A stretch of 64,000 bases of DNA from Candidatus Microgenomates bacterium (GTDB lineage Bacteria; Patescibacteriota; JACPGU01), in the NCBI GenBank assembly GCA_016188915.1, contig JACPGU010000002.1, positions 85,287 through 149,286 of the forward strand. Reading direction: 5' to 3'. The position numbers and the translations under genes were made by a program. Numbering within the stretch: the stretch's first letter is position 1; every line of letters starts with the position of its first letter. The notes beneath the pieces are model-generated. The model saw nothing but the letters and a program-made list of their open reading frames with translations, had not been told where the DNA came from and did no database searches. This document shows positions 57,929 to 64,000 of the stretch, piece by piece.

Positions 57929-60900
57929 ATGGCCGATCTCTCAAACCAAAACAAAAATCCTAAAAATTCTACCGGTCCTGATATCAAGGGCTATGTTCAG
58001 GGTGCCAAATCAGCCGCCAGTATGACTCGTGGCCAAGAAGGCAAATCTAAAGAACAGATAAAAAAAGAGCGTGAAGAGGTTGGCGGAGCAACCCTAAAAG
58101 GCATCGCTGATTATAGTACTGGCGGAAAAGGGTCGAGCATCATTAGTAAATTTGAGAATGCTCCCCTGATCGGCCGTTTGATCAAAAAAAGAGAAGCTGA
58201 GCTAGGGAAAAAAATAGAAAAGCCCTTGGCCACTGCCGGCAAAGCTACCGGTTTGTCTAAAAAAAGTCGTGGCGCCACCTCTGTCGCCGAGCCAGAAGAA
58301 AACGAGGAAGAATCTTTTGATGAAGAAGGGAGTCTAGAAGAAGAGGAGGATTCTCGCGCCAATCAAGCCCGCCAAACGGCTGCTACCGCTGCTAAACAAA
58401 AAGCAAAGCAAGCCGCCATTCGCGCCACTATGCCCTATTGGGGTGCGGCTTGTGTTGTTTTGGTGATTTCTTTTTTGGTTTTTATGATTGTCTTGGGACT
58501 GATTAACGCCTTTGTTAATCATGGCTCTGCTGGTAAAACAAAAGGGCAATTGCTATCCAAGGGCGATCCTTCTGACGAAGCCCTCAAGGATCAAGTAATG
58601 GCTAACGCTGGTGAAGACGCTGCCCTGTCTCGTTCTATCGCTAGTCAAACAGAGTCTGCGTTGGCATCAGTACAGGGAATACTAGATGTCGCCAAAGAAA
58701 AAAATCTACCCGCCGTCCAAGAAGAAGCGCAAACTTTGCAAGCCGAAATATTGGCCTTGGGCACCGGGAATTCTTCCGCAGATAAAGCCAATATTGAAAG
58801 GCTCCAAAAAAGAGTCTCTATTCTACTAGGAGATAAAGAAGACTTCAAAGAAGCGTCTGAAAAAGTCAAAACCACCAACCCTGGACAAAATAAAGACGCG
58901 GTAGGTGATATGGAAAAATTAAGTCGCGTCCGAGAGGAGATGACCAAAAGCCCCGAAAGCAAACAAGGCCTGATTTTATTAAAAACTCAATTGCAAAAAT
59001 TAGAAACTATTGTCGCTACTACCGTTTCTTCCAAGTTGGTTATTTCGGAAAAAGATAAATATTATATTCGCTCCTATCAGGTAGACCGTCGCGTGTTAAA
59101 GGCTTTAAATTATTTGGTAACACCAATTAATCAGGGTGGCGCCGGATTTCGCAAAATAAAAGTGGGGCGGATTAAAAGCTCTTACGATTCGGAGGGGAGA
59201 AAGTTTTCTAAAGAATGGGATTTTACCACTAGCGAAGATCGCTCTGTTAGTCCACATTTTTCTGGTCAAGCTTTTGATGTGACGGCCATTGATTATGTGG
59301 ATAGAAGACTTTACAAAAAAGGCATTGTTAGAAAAAAAATCAAAAAGCTTCCCAGCAAAGATATTCTAGTAGCTCTCCAGTCTAACAAATCTGGTAAAGG
59401 CATTGGCAATTCCCTGACTAGTAGTGGCGAAACTTTTGGTTTGCTGGCCGAGGATGCCTCTACTTCAGTACTGCTTGCCCAAATCAGCGAGATGACCGGC
59501 TATAATCTAGAGGGGCTAGACGTTGGCAGCGGAAGCTTTGCTGACCTTACTAAAAATATTGGCTTGGCCATTTTGGCCGAAGAGCTAGGTTCTTCCATGG
59601 ACTCTGATCAAAGCAATGGTTCTTTTGAGGATTTGCTGAAAAATGTCGGGGCCGAAGCTATCGCCGACTGCCTGGATCTGCCAAAAAGTTCTTTTGATGT
59701 TTACGGAATAGAAAATTTGGCAGTCGGCGATAGCCAACTGGCAGCCCTGGATTTTGCCGGCAAACCAGCCGCCACACTAGAAGAAAATATCGGTCGCGCC
59801 CTAACCGAGCAAAGGCTCAATCTCGCTCCTGGCTCTTTGATTGGCGCAAGCTCTGAAGAAATATTAAAGAACCTAGGCAAAAGAAAATTGGAGAAAAATC
59901 TAGGGCTACCTAATCTTTCTCTGGAAAATATTTCTAATAATACCGACGTTGTCGCCCACATCGGCCAGATTGTCATTGAGCAAAGAATAAATCTACCAAA
60001 AAATAGTCTGAGTAGCAACAATCTACCTGATATAAAAAGTGCTCTTGGAGAAAAATTATTCCGTAACGCCTTTGCCATTAATCCGGCCTCTACTGATACT
60101 ATTTTGGGGCTAGATCCCAAGGGAACGAGATTGACTTTTGACTCCAACGACCCAGAGCTAGGAACATTAAAACAGATGAATGGAAAATACATTGTCGCGC
60201 CATCGCAAAAATTAGCGTCTGGACAATATTCTGTTCTTGATTACAAAAAAATGGTTGGGGCCAGCCTTCTTCAGACAAAAATCGGCTCTTTTGCCACATA
60301 CCCTATAGCCACAACAAAAATACTGCCTTTCTCCGGTATTATTATGGTCCCCTCTAGCTTGCTAGGCTCACAAAAAGACGAGGCGATGGACATGCCCGAT
60401 GGTAGTATCAAAAAAATATTGGAAGAAAAATCGAACATAGAGTCGGCACTGTCCGATATCGGTCTGGACGAAATAATCAAAAGGCTCACCGATAATAGCA
60501 ACGAGCGCGATGTTTTGTACCAATGGCATTCTCTCAACAAAAATCTGTCATCAGAAAAAAGAGTTGAGCTAGACACTATTGGTTTCCGTCCGACCATAAA
60601 TACTCCCTTAAAGAAAGCGTCTATTAGCGCCCTAGACGATTCTTCCTCTATCTCTTTGAACGCTGACAGTCTCGGCAATACTTTTAATCTTGTCAGTCGC
60701 TACGGGCCAACAGAAACAAAAATAAATGATAAAAAAAATCTTTCCAAGGCGGAGATATCTTCTCTGGACATAAAAATAGGAGAAAAATTGGCCAAAGACG
60801 AGCTGGAAAAATACAAAGATGACTATGAAAACGAAACGACTGATTCTTTCTTCGCCTATATCACCGAAAGCTATTTTGATGAGTCTCTAGCTCTGCCAGA

Positions 60901-63900
60901 TAATGCCCTGGAAGATATTTTACTAAATAACAAAGCAGGGGAGGTTTTTGCTCAAATAGGCAACAATAAAACCACTGTAATCAAAGAAACAAATGGTCTT
61001 TTGGGCAAAGGCGTGGGAGTAGATGCTCAGCTTGACAGTCTTTATCAAAAAAGAGCGCGACTAGAAGAAGATTTAGACTTTTTCAAATCAAATGCCGAAT
61101 CGGCAACAACAGATAAAGAAGAAAAAGAATATGAAAAAGAGGCCGATGCTTCTAAAAAAGAGCTGAATAAAATCAATAGCCAAATTCGTCTTTTAGAATA
61201 TGAAAAAGAAAGCCTCTACCAGGAGACACAAAAACAAGCCAAAGACAAGGTCTCTTGCTCTAAAAAATCCATCAGCTCTATCATTAATAATCAAGACACA
61301 GGTAGCCTAGTGGAAAGTATCGCCAAAATCGGCGCTTCTGTTTTGGAGTCCGATTTGGAATTACCGGCAGGCTCTCTGTCCGGCGCGCTGACCACTATCC
61401 AGGCCTTTGGCACTAAGCCAAAACCAGAAGAAGTCTCGGCTATCCAATTGCAATCCATTGGCATTCGTTATCTGGAAGATAGCCTGGGCTTCAAAAAAAG
61501 AGTCTTTAACGAACCAAATGTTTTGGGTGTAGTGATTTTGGCTGGCGGATATGATAAATTTTTTGCCAAACTTTTCCCTGGCAGATCGGGCAATGAAATG
61601 GCCAAAAAACTACCAGTAGAAAGTAATCCGGCCTATTTCAAAGCAGCCGGCGAAGATCTAGACAAAAGACTCGGGATTGGACGGGGCGCAAGCTATGATT
61701 TCTTGACCACAAAGATAAACACGGCTGAGTTTACTGCTATGGTTGGACGAGCCTATTTGGATAGCACTTCGTCGGATAGCCTAAACGGCACTGTTAACAC
61801 CACCAATTTTGGTTCTGTCATTAACTCAGACAATATTATCTCTCTTTTGGCCGGTAACGCCAAAGACATTGGACTAAAAATTGGCGCTACCTATGTAGAA
61901 AGCGGACTGGAATTACCACCAGGCACTGTCACCGGCATTATCCATGGCGCCGATAGCTCTTGCCAAGACTTCAATGTCTCTTTGGGTTGCATAGAAAATA
62001 TTTTGGCTGCCGCCGGCAAAGACAAATTAGCAGGTTTTATGGGTGTCTATGAAGATATCTCGGCCAGCGACAATAGCAAAGAAAAGATAGCCCAAAATAA
62101 AATTGAGAGCGCTCTTGGCGGATCTTTGCCGGCTGGCTGGTTTGAAGGAGAAAGTCTTTTGGATATCAAAAATAATGTTACTAAAAAACAAAATTTAGAC
62201 GCTCGCTATGTGGACCAACAAATATTACAGGCCTTCGGTTTTGATACTAAAAATCCGAATTTTAATTTAAATGTTTTACGGCAAATAGATTTTTTACAAA
62301 ATACGGATTACTACAATGTCGCCATTAATGTAGACCGCAAACTGGGATTGTCTGAGGGTACCTCCGCTAAATTATTCCGAGATAATATCTCGGTCACCAA
62401 TTATAAAAAGGAAGTTTATTCTAATTATGCCGATGGCCGCATAGACGAGTTGGGCAAAAATCTTTTAGGGGAAGACGCGCAAAAAATAATGGAAAAGTTT
62501 GATCTTCGTCCAAGCGAACTCAAGGATCTCTTGAAAAATCCCGACGACCTCAAAAATAGAGCCATATTTAATGCTATTCCAGCGCGCGAGATGAGCCTTC
62601 TTTTTGGGCTAGGGCTGGGAGACAAATTACCCATACCGATAGAAGGCGAATTCACTGCCAATTTCGCCCAAAAACAAGTAGAAGAAACCCTAGGACTTAG
62701 CAATGGTTCTTTCTCTCCCGATCGTCCCATTAGCGAAGTAGCCAAAATCAATGGAGCAAAAAATTTCGCTCGTGCTTTCAGGATCACTATACCATCCGAC
62801 AAAAAAACCGATGCCGAGGTCTTACAATTTCTAAATAGTGACGTTTTCTCGGGCGGTGCCTATTGGCAATTGCCCACCACCGAGTTTTTGACTGGCAATA
62901 TTGATGCCGCGCTCAAACTAGACAAAGCAGGGAGGATGACCCAAAAGCTTTTGTCTGGCTCTTTGTCTATCGCCAATTATCTTGAGAGCGTTCGCCAAAA
63001 TCAATTCAAAAAATTAGACACTGACGGCTTTTTGGGATTTTTGGCCAGTAATAATATAGAAGAATTGGGCAGTATCCCTACCTATATTGCCACTGCCAAA
63101 ACAGCTCTTGATTTAATAAAAAACCCCGATGCTCTAAAAACACCGGGCACACAACTTCAGATTCTTTCCGCTTTGAAAAATTCTGCTGGCATTGACTTGG
63201 ACGACAAATGGGGGCTTTCTCCTGGCACTCTAGAAAATTTCATTGCTAACCCCAAAGAGGGCCGCGGCATTTTGATTTCCGAGGGAATTCGCATGTTGGG
63301 CGAAGAACAATTCTTGGACGACCCGAAGGCCCAAATAGCTTTGTCTCTCGCCTATAATTACTTGATTCCGAATAAACCAGGAGCGGTCGGAGATGCCCTG
63401 GGCCGCCTAATCAGTGAGACCAATCCCAATCAAAACAGTTGTGGCGTTATCCCGACACAGACCATTCAAGAAGATTTCAGCTTAGGACAAACTAGTGTCT
63501 GCCAGTTTAGTCTGATGAATACTTTGCAAAACAGAATAAACAAACTCACAGACGAGATGGTCCCGGGAGACAATAATGGGGTAAAAGTGCCCATCAACGA
63601 TCTGACTAATATTATCAATGGCGACATGCGCTCTCTTTCTGTCATCGGCATCGCCTTTACCGTCAATTCTGTCAATGCCACAAAAGACCCCAACGGGGAA
63701 AGCACAGGAATTATCCCGGCTGGCTTTCAGGTTAGTTACGAAGAAATCAAGGGTGCTATTTGGGGAGACACGGGCAAGAGGCAGGATGTTTCTAAAAAAA
63801 CATCGAATGATTATTTCGCCAACAATGCCTTCCTCTTGGCTAGCAATCCCGAGGCCTACCAAAAAGGCCTGGACGAAGCCATTAACGAAGCGCAAGACAA

Positions 63901-64000
63901 AGTAATCCCAGATGCTAGGCGCGACCTGCAATTCAAATATGTTGACGCTCAGGTGGCTGCTCTTTCCAGTAAGCTGGTGGGCAATGAGGTTGTTCCGCCT
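57929..64000 (+). CDS. Giant (>2024 aa) single-TM protein with an M15-like motif and ~29-aa repeats; 3'-truncated, absent from the ORF track
   Basis: ATG at 57929 (MADLSNQNKNPK); segments translated by hand are in the same open frame through ...GNEVVPP at 64000; the track lists no stop-terminated ORF in this frame. Confidence 0.85.
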   Translation, partial: MADLSNQNKNPKNSTGPDIKGYVQGAKSAASMTRGQEGKSKEQIKKEREEVGGATLKGIADYSTGGKGSSIISKFENAPLIGRLIKKREAELGKKIEKPLATAGKATGLSKKSRGATSVAEPEENEEESFDEEGSLEEEEDSRANQARQTAATAAKQKAKQAAIRATMPYWGAACVVLVISFLVFMIVLGLINAFVNHGSAGKTKGQLLSKGDPSDEALKDQVMANAGEDAALSRSIASQTESALASVQGILDVAKEKNLPAVQEEAQTLQAEILALGTGNSSADKANIERLQKRVSILLGDKEDFKEASEKVKTTNPGQNKDAVGDMEKLSRVREEMTKSPESKQGLILLKTQLQKLETIVATTVSSKLVISEKDKYYIRSYQVDRRVLKALNYLVTPINQGGAGFRKIKVGRIKSSYDSEGRKFSKEWDFTTSEDRSVSPHFSGQAFDVTAIDYVDRRLYKKGIVRKKIKKLPSKDILVALQSNKSGKGIGNSLTSSGETFGLLAEDASTSVLLAQISEMTGYNLEGLDVGSGSFADLTKNIGLAILAEELGSSMDSDQSNGSFEDLLKNVGAEAIADCLDLPKSSFDVYGIENLAVGDSQLAALDFAGKPAATLEENIGRALTEQRLNLAPGSLIGASSEEILKNLGKRKLEKNLGLPNLSLENISNNTDVVAHIGQIVIEQRINLPKNSLSSNNLPDIKSALGEKLFRNAFAINPASTDTILGLDPKGTRLTFDSNDPELGTLKQMNGKYIVAPSQKLASGQYSVLDYKKMVGASLLQTKIGSFATYPIATTKILPFSGIIMVPSSLLGSQKDEAMDMPDGSIKKILEEKSNIESALSDIGLDEIIKRLTDNSNERDVLYQWHSLNKNLSSEKRVELDTIGFRPTINTPLKKASISALDDSSSISLNADSLGNTFNLVSRYGPTETKINDKKNLSKAEISSLDIKIGEKLAKDELEKYKDDYENETTDSFFAYITESYFDESLALPDNALEDILLNNKAGEVFAQIGNNKTTVIKETNGLLGKGVGVDAQLDSLYQKRARLEEDLDFFKSNAESATTDKEEKEYEKEADASKKELNKINSQIRLLEYEKESLYQETQKQAKDKVSCSKKSISSIINNQDTGSLVESIAKIGASVLESDLELPAGSLSGALTTIQAFGTKPKPEEVSAIQLQSIGIRYLEDSLGFKKRVFNEPNVLGVVILAGGYDKFFAKLFPGRSGNEMAKKLPVESNPAYFKAAGEDLDKRLGIGRGASYDFLTTKINTAEFTAMVGRAYLDSTSSDSLNGTVNTTNFGSVINSDNIISLLAGNAKDIGLKIGATYVESGLELPPGTVTGIIHGADSSCQDFNVSLGCIENILAAAGKDKLAGFMGVYEDISASDNSKEKIAQNKIESALGGSLPAGWFEGESLLDIKNNVTKKQNLDARYVDQQILQAFGFDTKNPNFNLNVLRQIDFLQNTDYYNVAINVDRKLGLSEGTSAKLFRDNISVTNYKKEVYSNYADGRIDELGKNLLGEDAQKIMEKFDLRPSELKDLLKNPDDLKNRAIFNAIPAREMSLLFGLGLGDKLPIPIEGEFTANFAQKQVEETLGLSNGSFSPDRPISEVAKINGAKNFARAFRITIPSDKKTDAEVLQFLNSDVFSGGAYWQLPTTEFLTGNIDAALKLDKAGRMTQKLLSGSLSIANYLESVRQNQFKKLDTDGFLGFLASNNIEELGSIPTYIATAKTALDLIKNPDALKTPGTQLQILSALKNSAGIDLDDKWGLSPGTLENFIANPKEGRGILISEGIRMLGEEQFLDDPKAQIALSLAYNYLIPNKPGAVGDALGRLISETNPNQNSCGVIPTQTIQEDFSLGQTSVCQFSLMNTLQNRINKLTDEMVPGDNNGVKVPINDLTNIINGDMRSLSVIGIAFTVNSVNATKDPNGESTGIIPAGFQVSYEEIKGAIWGDTGKRQDVSKKTSNDYFANNAFLLASNPEAYQKGLDEAINEAQDKVIPDARRDLQFKYVDAQVAALSSKLVGNEVVPP

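Noticed and set aside
58111-63931. Many short ORFs in the track in this interval
   Set aside because: Shadows of the single giant plus-strand frame.
1-64000. CRISPR array, cas genes, reverse transcriptase or DGR
   Set aside because: No regularly spaced 25-45-nt repeats and no cas or RT motifs were seen.
1-64000. Alternative genetic code (UGA read as Gly)
   Set aside because: Conserved genes are full length under code 11 and several end in TGA with ATGA coupling to the next gene.

Overview
AT-rich bacterial chromosome segment. The gene content (short RpoD, cyclase with C-terminal TM, PrgI/VirB4 cluster without relaxase, several O-antigen-ligase genes, CCA-less tRNAs) suggests a Patescibacteria/CPR organism; this is inference. 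Layout: (1) 1-20.6 kb, housekeeping and envelope genes (yqeY, ybeY, VanW, GT4/O-antigen-ligase/flippase cluster, truB, uppP, tRNA-Asn, rpoD, dnaG, ahpC). (2) A ~10.6-kb island (20723-31285) at the 3' end of tRNA-Ser(GGA), bounded by CCGTTT repeats. It carries a large serine recombinase (LSR), Schlafen/AlbA_2, DUF5677-like and ApeA-like HEPN proteins, a resolvase, a thermonuclease-Cys-rich-YidD operon, a stand-alone MgsA C-terminal domain and a Mu gp27-like protein. (3) pyk, recX, tsaD, FemAB-family gene, holA, polA, murE. (4) A T4SS-like locus, cell-wall hydrolases, beta-propellers and a >2000-aa repeat protein missing from the ORF track. Main finding: the att crossover lies inside the LSR reading frame. 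The integrated enzyme ends in a 30-aa tail read from the antisense strand of tRNA-Ser, whereas excision would join it in frame to a different 21-aa tail stored at the far end of the island. Other highlights are three switch-like structured leaders, heptad/palindromic in-frame insertions in tsaD and polA, an unannotated 29-aa lysine-rich peptide gene and an integron-cassette-like remnant. All family assignments come from motif recognition by eye; no searches were run.
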